A program made the translations under genes and the position numbers. Positions 48,548-59,029 of a DNA stretch of 59,593 nucleotides are shown here, piece by piece (position 1 is the first letter of the stretch; each line of letters starts with the position of its first letter). The DNA comes from an uncultured Faecalimonas sp. (GTDB lineage Bacteria > Bacillota > Clostridia > Lachnospirales > Lachnospiraceae). Below the pieces are notes generated by a model. It made no database searches. It was not told the origin of the DNA and saw only the letters and a program-made list of their open reading frames with translations. The stretch is taken from NCBI GenBank assembly GCA_964440185.1, contig CAYTRJ010000002.1, positions 1-59,593 on the forward strand. Direction: 5' to 3'.

Positions 48548-49894
48548 CTATTCTACGATTAATCCTTGTTCTTGCATTACTGCAATCACACCATCCACAT
48601 ATTTTGTACATAACTCATCTGTTGCAGCTTCTACCATGACACGAATTACTGGTTCTGTACCACTTTCGCGAACAAGAATACGTCCGTCATCTCCTAATTG
48701 TTTCGTTACCTCTTCAACTGCTTTTACTACTTCTGCATTTTCTCTTGCAGTTTTCTTATCAGATACTCTTACATTTTTCAACAACTGTGGATAGATCTTC
48801 ACTTCTTCTGTAAGTGTTCCAAGTGATTGTTTCTTTTCTAACATTACTTCCATTAATAATAGGGATGTTAAAATACCATCTCCTGTTGTTGCATATTTGC
48901 TGAAAATAATATGTCCTGATTGTTCGCCACCTAATGAATAGTTGTTTTGAACCATATTTTCATATACATATTTATCTCCAACTGCTGTCTTTTCATATTT
49001 CAAGCCAATCTTGTCACACGCCTTATAGAGACCAAGGTTTGACATAATTGTTGTAACAATTGTATCTCCATTCAATCTGCCTTGTTCTTTCAAATATTTT
49101 CCACAAACATAAAGAATCAAGTCCCCATCCACTAAATTTCCATGTTCATCTACTGCAAGGCATCTATCTGCATCTCCATCATATGCAAATCCAACATCTA
49201 ATTTCTTTTCTTTTACAAATGCTTGTAACGCTTCAGGATGTGTAGAACCACAGCCTCTGTTAATATTAGTTCCATCTGGTTCACTGTTGATCACGTAAGT
49301 TTTTGCTCCCAATGCATCAAATACACTTTTTGCAATAGAGGAAGCACTACCGTTTGAACAGTCAATTCCAATTCTCTTATCTTTAAATGAACGTGTTGCC
49401 ATAGAAATCAAATGTCCAATATAGCGGTTTCTTCCTGCTGCATAATCAACAGTACGTCCAATATGTTCTCTTGTTGCATATGGAATTTTTCCAAATGTAC
49501 CATCAATATAACTTTCAATCTTTTCTTCTACTTCTGCTTCTAATTTATGTCCTTTTGCATTGATGATCTTAATGCCATTATCATAAAACACATTATGACT
49601 TGCAGAAATCATGATTCCACAATCAAAATCTTCTGTTCTTGTTACATAAGAAACACTTGGAGTTGTTGTTACATGAAGTAAATATACATCTGCTCCTGAA
49701 GCTGTAAGACCTGCTGAAAGTGCATCTTCAAACATATAACTGCTACGTCTTGTATCTTTCCCAATTACTACTCTTGCTTTATGTTCTTGCCCGTAATACC
49801 AACCTAAGAAACGGCCTACTTTAAAAGCATGTTCTACTGTTAGTACTACATTTGCTTCTCCACGAAAACCATCTGTGCCAAAATATTTCCCCAT
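48548..49894 (-). CDS. glmM: Phosphoglucosamine mutase
   Basis: YFGTDG, ISASHN, DGDADR, GGEQSGH, RESGTEP. Confidence 0.96.
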   Translation of the reverse strand: MGKYFGTDGFRGEANVVLTVEHAFKVGRFLGWYYGQEHKARVVIGKDTRRSSYMFEDALSAGLTASGADVYLLHVTTTPSVSYVTRTEDFDCGIMISASHNVFYDNGIKIINAKGHKLEAEVEEKIESYIDGTFGKIPYATREHIGRTVDYAAGRNRYIGHLISMATRSFKDKRIGIDCSNGSASSIAKSVFDALGAKTYVINSEPDGTNINRGCGSTHPEALQAFVKEKKLDVGFAYDGDADRCLAVDEHGNLVDGDLILYVCGKYLKEQGRLNGDTIVTTIMSNLGLYKACDKIGLKYEKTAVGDKYVYENMVQNNYSLGGEQSGHIIFSKYATTGDGILTSLLLMEVMLEKKQSLGTLTEEVKIYPQLLKNVRVSDKKTARENAEVVKAVEEVTKQLGDDGRILVRESGTEPVIRVMVEAATDELCTKYVDGVIAVMQEQGLIVE

Positions 49895-50039
49895 GTTATA
49901 TACCTCCCGGAATTTATCTTTTTAGCCATTTTTTTATACAATCTACTTTGCTATTATATACACCTATGTTTCAATTTACAACATTTTTTTCAAAGAATAA
50001 AAAAGGAAATCCCCATTTAGGATCTCCCTTTCGATTTAT

Positions 50040-51215
50040 TTAATGGTGGAACAAACGAATTCCTGTAAATGCCATTGCTATATGATATTTGTTACAAGTC
50101 TGAATAACATTATCATCACGAACCGAGCCGCCTGGCTGCGCAATATATTTCACACCGCTTTTGTGTGCTCTCTCAATATTATCTCCAAATGGGAAAAATG
50201 CATCTGAACCAAGTGAAACTTCTGTCATTTGATCTAACCAAGCACGTTTTTCTTCTCTGGTAAATACTTCTGGTTTCACTTTAAAGAATTTTTGCCATGT
50301 GCCTTCTGCCAAAATGTCTTCATATTCATCACCAATATATAAATCAATCGAATTATCTCGATCTGCTCTTCCAATTCCATCCACAAATTGCAATTCTAAT
50401 ACCTGTGGTGATTGACGTAGCCACCAGTTATCTGCTTTCTGTCCAGCTAATCTTGTACAATGAATGCGAGATTGTTGTCCAGCTCCAATTCCGATTGCTT
50501 GCCCTCCTTTTGCATAACAAACAGAATTTGATTGTGTATATTTTAAAGTGATCATTGCAATTGCTAAATCAATCTGCGCAAGTTCTGGAATTTCTTTATT
50601 TTCCGTTACTACATTTGAAAAGAATGCTTCGTCAATAGCCAATTCATTACGCCCTTGTTCAAACGTGATTCCAAAAACTTCCTTTCGTTCCATTGGATTT
50701 GGCTCATATTCAGGATCAATTTCAATTACAGTGTAATTCCCCTTTTTCTTTTGTTTTAAAATTTCTAATGCTTCTGGTTCATATCCAGGTGCAATCACAC
50801 CATCTGAAACTTCTGGTTTGATCAACCTTGCTGTCGCAACATCACAAACATCGGATAATGAAATAAAGTCACCAAACGAAGACATTCTATCGGCTCCTCT
50901 TGCTCTTGCGTATGCGCATGCTAATGGTGAAAGTTCTTCTGGATGCTCTATCCAATAAATCTTTGCCAAAGTATCATCTAGTGGAAGTCCTACTGCCGCT
51001 CCAGCTGGAGAAACATGTTTAAATGATGTAGCTGCTGGAAGTCCTGTGGCTTTCTTTAATTCTTTCACTAACTGCCAACCATTAAATGCATCTAGGAAAT
51101 TAATATATCCTGGTTTACCACATAGCACTTTGATCGGAAGCTCTCCTTCTTCCATATAAATTTTTGAAGGTTTTTGATTTGGATTACATCCATATTTTAA
51201 TTCTAATTCTTTCAT
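50040..51215 (-). CDS. purH: Stand-alone AICAR transformylase (PurH C-terminal domain only)
   Basis: Starts at LKYGCNPNQ; SFKHVSPAG, SDAFFPFGD, QPGGSVRD; no N-terminal IMP cyclohydrolase/MGS domain. Confidence 0.92.
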   Translation of the reverse strand: MKELELKYGCNPNQKPSKIYMEEGELPIKVLCGKPGYINFLDAFNGWQLVKELKKATGLPAATSFKHVSPAGAAVGLPLDDTLAKIYWIEHPEELSPLACAYARARGADRMSSFGDFISLSDVCDVATARLIKPEVSDGVIAPGYEPEALEILKQKKKGNYTVIEIDPEYEPNPMERKEVFGITFEQGRNELAIDEAFFSNVVTENKEIPELAQIDLAIAMITLKYTQSNSVCYAKGGQAIGIGAGQQSRIHCTRLAGQKADNWWLRQSPQVLELQFVDGIGRADRDNSIDLYIGDEYEDILAEGTWQKFFKVKPEVFTREEKRAWLDQMTEVSLGSDAFFPFGDNIERAHKSGVKYIAQPGGSVRDDNVIQTCNKYHIAMAFTGIRLFHH

Positions 51216-51224
51216 CACAGACTC

Positions 51225-51938
51225 CTATTTATTCTTATTGATAATCTTTGTTTCATATGTTCCAGTAGCAATATCAATATAGCGTACAAATAGCGAAACT
51301 TTATTCTCTTCATTCAAGCTGTTCCACAATTGTTCTGCAAATACATCTATATCATCTAATATTTTAACTAATTTAGGTTCGCCTTCAAAACTTGGAAGTG
51401 GATTCCCGTCACACTTATAAGTATGAATAAAGTGTCCTTCTCCAGCAACCGGATTTTGGTAAGCAAATGTGTAACGGTTACAAGCATCTGGATTCCCATT
51501 ATTGCTCTTTAAAATAGACATAGCATAATTATAGATTCCATTTTCTATATGCATGATTCCTGAAATGCGAGGTGTATAATTAGGGGCATCTGGTTCAAAT
51601 TTTCTTGTACGAAGTGATTGTTCAAATGTGAATTGTCTGTCCATACATTCATAGATAGTATCTGTTTGATCGCCATTTGTAACGATTGTTTTGTTTCCCA
51701 ACACTCTGACTGGTGCATAGATAATAAGACTTGGATCTGTTAATTTAGAAGGGTCAAAGGCTTGTGTACGAATTTCCTGTCCATCCTCTACGAATACTCG
51801 ATTTCTGCTGTTCTCACTTCTCCCCATAATAAAATAGGCAGTTACTGCTTTCGTTCCATCTGGCGTTTTACCCATTACAATTCCACGACCTGGATAAGCA
51901 TTTCCCTGTAATTCTTCTTCCATTGATAGCATTTCCAT
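51225..51938 (-). CDS. IMP cyclohydrolase, PurO-like (Ntn fold)
   Basis: YPGRGI, YFIMGRSENSRNR, IVTNGDQTD, EPDAPNYTPRISG; adjacent to the truncated purH. Confidence 0.85.
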   Translation of the reverse strand: MEMLSMEEELQGNAYPGRGIVMGKTPDGTKAVTAYFIMGRSENSRNRVFVEDGQEIRTQAFDPSKLTDPSLIIYAPVRVLGNKTIVTNGDQTDTIYECMDRQFTFEQSLRTRKFEPDAPNYTPRISGIMHIENGIYNYAMSILKSNNGNPDACNRYTFAYQNPVAGEGHFIHTYKCDGNPLPSFEGEPKLVKILDDIDVFAEQLWNSLNEENKVSLFVRYIDIATGTYETKIINKNK

Positions 51939-52132
51939 GAATCATTCTCCTTTTCTGTGGTTCGTTTCTCAAGCAACTCAATGCATGCCTCAATTATATC
52001 GCATACTTTCCTGAAAATACTAGACTTGAGGCTATTCTTTTTATGATTGAGTATTTATTAGTGAAGCTTATAGTTTTCTATCTAGACAATCTTTCTGCTA
52101 TCTTGTAAAATTCTATTATTAGGAGGATGATT

Positions 52133-52636
52133 ATGTTTAATGAATTAACCCAAAAAGATATTGATGCCATGGAAGCCGAAATTGAACATCGTAAACTTGT
52201 AGTTCGTAAAGAATTAATTGAAGAAGTAAAAGAAGCACGTGCACATGGAGATTTAAGTGAAAACTTCGAATATTATGCTGCGAAGAAAGCTAAGAACCAA
52301 AATGAAAGCCGCATTCGTTATTTAGAAAGAATGATCCGTACTGCTAAATTGATTGAAGACGATTCAAAAGAAGATGAAGTTGGACTGCAGAAATTAGTAG
52401 AATTGTATTTTGAAGAGGATGACGAAACAGATACCTTTAAAATTGTAACTACGGTTCGTGGAAATTCCTTAAAAAATCTAGTCAGCACAGAATCTCCTAT
52501 GGGAAAAGCACTGTTAGGTCACAAGGTAGGAGATCGGGTTTGGATTGCAATTAATGACAAAGCTGGCTATTATGTCGAGATAAAATCCATCAAACAAGAT
52601 GACCCTGAAAACGAAGAAGCATTGAGAAGTTTTTAG
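52133..52636 (+). CDS. greA: Transcription elongation factor GreA/GreB family
   Basis: ARAHGDLSENFEY, SPMGKALLG; AGGAGG 6 nt before ATG 52133. Confidence 0.9.
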   Translation: MFNELTQKDIDAMEAEIEHRKLVVRKELIEEVKEARAHGDLSENFEYYAAKKAKNQNESRIRYLERMIRTAKLIEDDSKEDEVGLQKLVELYFEEDDETDTFKIVTTVRGNSLKNLVSTESPMGKALLGHKVGDRVWIAINDKAGYYVEIKSIKQDDPENEEALRSF

Positions 52637-52649
52637 TCCGTATATTACG

Positions 52650-52685
52650 AAAGCCCTTGTCAGCAATCGCTGAAAAGGGCTTTTA
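52650..52685. terminator. Bidirectional terminator
   Basis: AAAGCCCTTGTCAGC-aatc-GCTGAAAAGGGCTTTT. Confidence 0.8.
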
Positions 52686-52694
52686 TGTATCTCA

Positions 52695-54227
52695 TTATTT
52701 ATTTCTTTCGTCCCAGTATGGTACTTCAATGCCAATTGTTTCTGAAGTAAACTTCGCATCATTATCTTTCTTATACTGTCTTGTTGCCTTAAATACATAA
52801 CTAGCTCCAAGATATAATAGTGGAATATTGGCAAATACAATTAAGATATTTCCCAAATCTGAAATTGCCCACAAGTTTCCTAAATTCAAACCTGCGATCG
52901 AACATAAAATTCCAAATCCACAAATTAAAATACAAACAATACGAATCACATTGATAAATGTTTTATTTGTACTGATTCTGTTTGCTGCAATTTCGGAGAA
53001 ACTTACCATTCCCATAATACATGTAAATGCAAATAAGCAGAAACAGAATGTAATAACAAATGCGATGATTGGCTGCAATGCAGTCACATGTGTTAATGCC
53101 TCTGCAGAACTTAAAAACTTAGGTAATCGATCCATTTCCATCCAAGCTGCTGCATCTGCTCCATTCCACATATGAGCCATAACTACTACAAATCCTGTCA
53201 TTGTACAAATGATGATCGTATCTAGAAAAACACCAATAGACTGTACAAATCCTTGTTCACATGGATGTTTTGCATTTGAAGCTGCAGCTGCCATTGTAAT
53301 CGTACCTTGCCCAGCTTCATTTGACATTAATCCACGTTTTACACCTTGTGCTAATACAGTACCAAATACACCACCAAAAATAGCTTCTGGTGCAAATGCG
53401 CCTCCAAATACTGCTTTGAAGAAATATGGTACTTCATTTAAATTAAATAATATTAGCAAAAATACTACAAAAACATATGCTACTGCCATAACTGGCACTA
53501 CTTTGTCCGTTACTTTCGTTACTTTTCGGATTCCACCAAATGCAATATATGCAGTGAGTGCTAATAGAATTACCGCCGTTACATAATAGAACATAGAATC
53601 CGTTGCTAATGTCTGTCCAGTAATAATATTTGCCATTTCCCCAATAGAAGAAACTACGTTAAATCCTTGTGCTGGCAAACAGCAAATTGCATAGATGATA
53701 TACATAATAGAAAGTCCAATTCCTGCTGCTACACTATTTCCAAGAAGTCGTTTTCCGTAGAATGGAAGTCCCCCTACAAATTCATCATCTTTCTTTTCTT
53801 TGAAAATCTGTGCTAAGACAGCTTCAATATAGGCAGTTGCCATCCCAAAGAAAGCTGAAACCCACATCCAGAAAATCGCTCCCGGACCACCTACTGCAAT
53901 CGCTCCCGTAACTCCAAGAATATTTCCCGGACCAACTCGCATTGCCGAGCTAAGCATAAACGCTGCCAATGGCGAAATTCCCGTTTCTTTTGCTGTCTTT
54001 GTTGTTAAAATCTGAATCCCTTTTTTGAAATGTGTTACTTGAACAAATCCTGTCTTAAAAGAAAAGAAAAGTCCCGATCCTACTAATAAGATAATAGCCA
54101 GTGAAAAACTTCCGATCACAGGAATGTTTGCATACCATTCAATGTTTGTCGGAAAATCCCACAGGAAATCGGATACTGGTGTAACAAAACTGAAAATATT
54201 GTTGATGGTTTGAATAATTTGTTCCAT
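52695..54227 (-). CDS. Alanine/glycine:cation symporter (AGCS) family
   Basis: RVGPGNILGV, GGPGAIFWMW, RGLMSNEAGQG, FLDTIIICTMT. Confidence 0.92.
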   Translation of the reverse strand: MEQIIQTINNIFSFVTPVSDFLWDFPTNIEWYANIPVIGSFSLAIILLVGSGLFFSFKTGFVQVTHFKKGIQILTTKTAKETGISPLAAFMLSSAMRVGPGNILGVTGAIAVGGPGAIFWMWVSAFFGMATAYIEAVLAQIFKEKKDDEFVGGLPFYGKRLLGNSVAAGIGLSIMYIIYAICCLPAQGFNVVSSIGEMANIITGQTLATDSMFYYVTAVILLALTAYIAFGGIRKVTKVTDKVVPVMAVAYVFVVFLLILFNLNEVPYFFKAVFGGAFAPEAIFGGVFGTVLAQGVKRGLMSNEAGQGTITMAAAASNAKHPCEQGFVQSIGVFLDTIIICTMTGFVVVMAHMWNGADAAAWMEMDRLPKFLSSAEALTHVTALQPIIAFVITFCFCLFAFTCIMGMVSFSEIAANRISTNKTFINVIRIVCILICGFGILCSIAGLNLGNLWAISDLGNILIVFANIPLLYLGASYVFKATRQYKKDNDAKFTSETIGIEVPYWDERNK

Positions 54228-54319
54228 AATTTTTCCCCGTTTCTCATATAATATCCTTATTATACACCAGTTATGTTTTATAAAATAGACATATAATGCG
54301 AAATTTTTTCAAAATAGTG

Positions 54320-54682
54320 CTATTTCATCAATTCTTCTGTCAGTTTGATAATTTCTGGAGCAATTTTTTCACGTTCTTTTTCTGTAATTCGAACATAAAG
54401 GGGATAAGCCATCGCAACCCCAATCGCACCAATCACACCAACTACTATCCCTAGTAGGAACATTCCCCATACAAGAGTCATACTCATTCCTGCTCCAAAT
54501 ACTAACGTCCCAATACATCCCAATGCAATAGATATGATTGTTCCCTTCTGTGCAGCTTTTGCATCTAATTTTCGAAGCTGCTCCATTTTATTTTCTTCTT
54601 TTGGCATATATTTCTCACGAATTTTCTTTACTTCATCTTGTTCTGTTGCTGAATAATTATATTCAAATATTTCTTTTTTCAT
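54320..54682 (-). CDS. Small two-TM membrane protein
   Basis: FEYNYSA..EVKKIREKY, two hydrophobic segments; abuts the kinase gene. Confidence 0.7.
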   Translation of the reverse strand: MKKEIFEYNYSATEQDEVKKIREKYMPKEENKMEQLRKLDAKAAQKGTIISIALGCIGTLVFGAGMSMTLVWGMFLLGIVVGVIGAIGVAMAYPLYVRITEKEREKIAPEIIKLTEELMK

Positions 54683-55741
54683 TTATCTGCTCCTTTTTAG
54701 CTTCACTGTAAATGTTGTTCCCTTTCCTAGCACACTGGAAACTTGAATTTCACTTTGTGTAATATTAATGATTCGTTTCACAAGCGCTAATCCTAATCCA
54801 TTTCCTTTTGTTGCATGAGAAGTATCTCCCTGATAAAATTTATCAAAAATATGTTTTCCCGTTTCCGCACTCATTCCACATCCATTATCCACAATTTTAA
54901 CCACTATTTCTTCCTCTTGTGTGGAAATCTCTACTCTCACTTTCCCACCTTGCTCTGTAAATTTCATGGCGTTTGACAACAAATTGTTCCACACAATAGA
55001 AAGTAATTCTGGATCAGAGGAAACCCATACATCCTCTTCAATGTCTACATCAATTTCAATTTTTTTCTCTTCCCAAATATCTTCAAACTGTAATAAACAC
55101 TCACATATTTGTTCGCTCAAATTGAAGCATTGATTTGTAGGAAATATTTGTTGATTTTCCAACTTGTTTAATTTCAATATATTTGTAATTAAATCTGCTA
55201 GTCTTCTAGAGGCTTCTGTCACTGCGCTGGCATACTCTATACGCTCTTTTTCTGACAGATCTTCCTTTTGTAAAAGCATCCCATAATTTTGGATAACTGC
55301 TAATGGTGTTTTTATCTCATGAGAAACATTTGCAACAAAGTCTGTTCGCAAAGTTTCCATACTGGATAATTCTTTCGCCATATTATTTAAGCAATCTATG
55401 ATTTCATTTAAGCCGTCCTCTTTATCAAGAGTATTCATATGTGGAATACGCACTTGAAAATTTCCCTCCATCATGGTTTTTGCACCATTTATAATTTCCT
55501 GAACAGGACGTTCTACTGTAAGTTTACGACGAAAGAAATCAATCCAAGTGCATATAAAGCTCAGAAAAAGTACATTCCCAAAAGTAAGTTTTGCAGCCGT
55601 ACCAATGTCATCTGCTGTCAATGTAATATTCATGGATGTTGTCATAACTGTTACAAACAATCCCATGCAGCATGAAATTATAAATGCCATTAGAAGAAAA
55701 TATACAATGTAACGGTGCAATACTTTTAATACATTTATCAT
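54683..55741 (-). CDS. HAMP-domain sensor histidine kinase
   Basis: NVSHEIKTP, NLLSNAMKF, DNGCG, FYQGDTSH..GNGLGL; two TM segments with a very short loop. Confidence 0.95.
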   Translation of the reverse strand: MINVLKVLHRYIVYFLLMAFIISCCMGLFVTVMTTSMNITLTADDIGTAAKLTFGNVLFLSFICTWIDFFRRKLTVERPVQEIINGAKTMMEGNFQVRIPHMNTLDKEDGLNEIIDCLNNMAKELSSMETLRTDFVANVSHEIKTPLAVIQNYGMLLQKEDLSEKERIEYASAVTEASRRLADLITNILKLNKLENQQIFPTNQCFNLSEQICECLLQFEDIWEEKKIEIDVDIEEDVWVSSDPELLSIVWNNLLSNAMKFTEQGGKVRVEISTQEEEIVVKIVDNGCGMSAETGKHIFDKFYQGDTSHATKGNGLGLALVKRIINITQSEIQVSSVLGKGTTFTVKLKRSR

Positions 55742-56409
55742 CGGATCACCGCCTTGTATCCCAATCCATGGACTGTAACAATCTCAAACGCATCACACTC
55801 GCTTAATTTACTACGTAATTTTGTCATATATACATCTACTGTTCTTGTGCTCGAAGCAGTGTCTGTTTCCCAAAACTCATCCATTAACTGTGATCGTGTA
55901 AAAGTTTTTTTCGGATAAGATAACAATTTGTACAGCAAATTAAATTCTCGAAGAGTAAGCATAATTTCTTCTTCTCCCCAATATGCAGTGTGCTCATCTG
56001 CATCCATAGAAAATGCACCGATTTCCAACTTACGGCTTGTCGCAATCTTGGCTCTACGAAGCAATGCACCTATGCGAAGTAACAATTCGTCTAAATCAAC
56101 AGGCTTTACCATATAGTCATCCACTCCAATGCGGAACCCTCGTTGTTTCGCCGCAAAATCATCTCTTGCTGTCATAAATAAAATTGGAATTTCTTCATTT
56201 AACTCTCGTACCGATCTTGCAAATTCAAATCCATCTATTCCAGGCATCATGATATCCGAAATAATCAGATCATACATGTCATCATACATTGCATCATAAG
56301 CAGATTCTGCATCTAAACATCCAACTGTTTCATAACCATTCTGATTCAAATATGAACATACTGTTTTGTTTAATTCTCGTTCATCTTCTACAACTAATAT
56401 TTTAAACAC
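55738..56409 (-). CDS. OmpR-family response regulator (HssR-like)
   Basis: VVEDE, SDIMMP, DDYMVKP, RTVDVY..LR.K, TVHGLGYK. Confidence 0.95.
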   Translation of the reverse strand: MFKILVVEDERELNKTVCSYLNQNGYETVGCLDAESAYDAMYDDMYDLIISDIMMPGIDGFEFARSVRELNEEIPILFMTARDDFAAKQRGFRIGVDDYMVKPVDLDELLLRIGALLRRAKIATSRKLEIGAFSMDADEHTAYWGEEEIMLTLREFNLLYKLLSYPKKTFTRSQLMDEFWETDTASSTRTVDVYMTKLRSKLSECDAFEIVTVHGLGYKAVIR

Positions 56410-56468
56410 AATTATCTCCCCCTTTTTCTTTGCATTCTAACATGTAATTGTTAATATTTTGTTTCTGT

Positions 56469-57482
56469 TTATGCAATTTTTCCTTCTTTTTTTAACCACG
56501 CAACCTCATCTCGGATTGTTTCTTCGTAAGAACGTGTTTTATATCCTAATTCTTTCATTGCTTTGCTTGAATCAAAACAGTTATTTCTTGCAAGATTATA
56601 CACAGAAAAAGTAGTCATCAATGGTTGTTTGCCAGTTACTTTTGCAGCTAATTCTGCTATTTTTGCAATTCCATTTGCCACGAAGATTGGTAAAAATACT
56701 TTCATTTTCTTACATCCAGCTTCTTTTACTAGCATTTTTGCAAACGCTTTAAAACTTACCTCTTCATTTCCTAAAATATAGCTATGACCTTTTTCCCCTT
56801 TATCTGCTGCTGCAATTGTCCCTTGTGCCAGATCACGTACGTCACATAAGTTAAATGAACCATCAATTCCTGCTGGCATTTGCCCATTGATAATGTCAAT
56901 TACTGTTTTTGTTGTTTCCCCAACAGCGTAATCTTCTGGTCCTAAAATTCCACTTGGATATACGATGCATGCATTCAATCCTTGCTTTTCTGCTGCATCA
57001 AGTACAAGTTGGGTAGCCATTGCTTTCGATTGACTATAACATCCAACAACCTTGTCTGCTTCTAACTTTGTGACTTCTTTAATCTTTTTCCCTTTCTTCA
57101 ATTCTGGAATTGCTCCTGTACTGCTGCAATACACAAGTTTTTTACACTCTTTATGTGCAAGACACAAATCAATAATATTTTGTGTTCCACCTACATTTAC
57201 ATCCATCACCTTTTGGTTATATTCTGGTGATACCGTTACAATACTTGCAATGTGAAGCATAATTGTTTCCACACCTTCTGGTACTGTAAAGAATCTTTCC
57301 AGCGCTTCTTTATCACACAAATCACCTTCTACAATTTCTGCTTCCTTTGGAACAAATTTCATTCCTCTATCATTTGGTAGTGCAAAGACCTTTACCGTCT
57401 CTCCTCGTTCGATCAATTGTCTGCAGATTGTCCCACCTAAAAATCCTGTTGCTCCTGTTACTAAATATACTCTATTCATCAT
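56469..57482 (-). CDS. Extended SDR / NAD-dependent epimerase-dehydratase (HpnA/dihydroflavonol reductase-like)
   Basis: VTGATGFLG, YSQSK (YxxxK), YPSGILGP. Confidence 0.9.
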   Translation of the reverse strand: MMNRVYLVTGATGFLGGTICRQLIERGETVKVFALPNDRGMKFVPKEAEIVEGDLCDKEALERFFTVPEGVETIMLHIASIVTVSPEYNQKVMDVNVGGTQNIIDLCLAHKECKKLVYCSSTGAIPELKKGKKIKEVTKLEADKVVGCYSQSKAMATQLVLDAAEKQGLNACIVYPSGILGPEDYAVGETTKTVIDIINGQMPAGIDGSFNLCDVRDLAQGTIAAADKGEKGHSYILGNEEVSFKAFAKMLVKEAGCKKMKVFLPIFVANGIAKIAELAAKVTGKQPLMTTFSVYNLARNNCFDSSKAMKELGYKTRSYEETIRDEVAWLKKEGKIA

Positions 57483-57484
57483 AA

Positions 57485-57547
57485 AAAAACACTCCATTTC
57501 TTATATTGCTCTTGTTGATAGATACAATATAAGTCTGGAGTGTTTTT
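57485..57547 (-). terminator. Long hairpin overlapping the SDR ribosome-binding site
   Basis: AAAAACACTCCA/TGGAGTGTTTTT outer stem and CTTATATTG/CAATATAAG inner stem. Confidence 0.7.
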
Positions 57548-57567
57548 ATATTTTTAAAGAAATGTTT

Positions 57568-58152
57568 CTAAAATGTTAATCTTGCTGATTTTAAGGCAGG
57601 TTTTTTAAATTTAAAATCAAGGATAAAAAAGAAACCTACTACTAATAGATATAAATGTAACAGTACACTAAACATCTTTGATGACAAAAGAAATTTACAT
57701 GCATACACAATCGGAAAAATAATTGCTGATGTTGTTACCGGTAATCCGCGATATTCCTTATTCGCGCCACTTTCTATCTGTTGTCTTTTTGCTTCCAACA
57801 CATTAAAAAATCCTAGTCGTGTTACTGCACAGAAAATATAAAAGAATACGCATACACTTCCTAATAAACTATCTGCTCCCATAAAATAACATAGCATTGC
57901 TGGATATACTCCAAAGCTAATTACATCACACAAAGAATCCAATTGGATTCCAAACGCCTTTTCATCTTCCGTTCTATCCTTTTTACTACGCGCTACTTTT
58001 CCATCAAACGCATCGCAAATCCCTGCAACCACCAAACACACAACTGCTGCGGTCATGTTTCCTTTTGTTGCTTGTCCCAACCCTACAACTGCCATGCATA
58101 AACTTAAATATGTTAATACTACTGTATAATTATATACTCCTATTAAATTCAT
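57568..58152 (-). CDS. CDP-alcohol phosphatidyltransferase (PssA-like)
   Basis: DAFDGKVAR...GIQLDSLCDVISFG, RLGFFN, YRGLP. Confidence 0.9.
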   Translation of the reverse strand: MNLIGVYNYTVVLTYLSLCMAVVGLGQATKGNMTAAVVCLVVAGICDAFDGKVARSKKDRTEDEKAFGIQLDSLCDVISFGVYPAMLCYFMGADSLLGSVCVFFYIFCAVTRLGFFNVLEAKRQQIESGANKEYRGLPVTTSAIIFPIVYACKFLLSSKMFSVLLHLYLLVVGFFFILDFKFKKPALKSARLTF

Positions 58153-58987
58153 TATCTCTTCCTCTTTTTAACCATTTTTTTAATTTTTGATTGTTTTCTT
58201 CCAGTTCCCCAACATAATAGGAAATGCAAAATCCTACTAACACAGCAATCACACATCCTGTGGCTTGCATATGCAATGCATGATAACATTTTTGATTTAA
58301 TATATTCGGAATCATAGACAAAAAAATTCCAAAAATCACCGAAAATGTCATCGTATAAAAATGCTCAAATAATTTCGATATCAGAAGCGATACTAAAACG
58401 CTTCCAATTGCAAGTCCGATCACCATTGGAAATAAAATATTCAAATCGAAACTTGCCAACGCATTTACATAAATCCCGTATAATCCAAGTGTTGACAGCA
58501 ATACTGCCGGATCAATTCCTGGTACGATTGCAGAAACTGCAACTGCAACACCAAGTTCTATTTTCTGCAAGAAATTTGGTTCTAATATTTGTGGAAACAA
58601 GTCTGCATTTATAGTAAAGAACCATGTCCCTGCAATTGCCGCAGCTAAAATCACAATATAATATTTAGCTGCAAATCCCTTCTTTTTCACTTCTTTATAA
58701 AAAACTGGTATTGTTCCTAAAATCAATCCTAAAAATAAGTATCTAGTCGGAACTTCATAATTACATAAAAAGAAGTTCAACATCTTGCTGAACAATAAAA
58801 CACCTACTATCATACCACTGATAATAGGAAATAAAAATTTTATCTTATTCTTAAAATCAACCAGTAATGTTCCTAATGCATTCAGTACATCCTGATATAG
58901 TCCAAATATGATCATCAGCACACTACCACTAAGTCCAGGCGCAATTCCTCCTAGCCCTACAATAATGCTTTTCAAAAATATAATCAA
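58130..58987 (-). CDS. DUF368 membrane protein (undecaprenyl-phosphate translocase family)
   Basis: Duplicated PG(L/I)(S/D) re-entrant motifs: IAPGLSGS..FGLY and IVPGIDPA..LGLY; TTG start. Confidence 0.8.
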   Translation of the reverse strand: MIIFLKSIIVGLGGIAPGLSGSVLMIIFGLYQDVLNALGTLLVDFKNKIKFLFPIISGMIVGVLLFSKMLNFFLCNYEVPTRYLFLGLILGTIPVFYKEVKKKGFAAKYYIVILAAAIAGTWFFTINADLFPQILEPNFLQKIELGVAVAVSAIVPGIDPAVLLSTLGLYGIYVNALASFDLNILFPMVIGLAIGSVLVSLLISKLFEHFYTMTFSVIFGIFLSMIPNILNQKCYHALHMQATGCVIAVLVGFCISYYVGELEENNQKLKKWLKRGRDNEFNRSI

Positions 58988-59029
58988 TTTTTTCGCTCCA
59001 ATAATTCTAATCTTTTCAATATCCTAGCG

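Noticed and set aside
51939-52126. ZMP/ZTP (pfl) riboswitch upstream of the purO-purH pair
   Set aside because: The characteristic GACTGGCG...CGCCTGGGC pseudoknot elements are not present.
54228-54319. Glycine riboswitch upstream of the AGCS symporter
   Set aside because: The region is only ~90 nt, AT-rich, and lacks GGAGA...CCGAAG...CTCAGG motifs.
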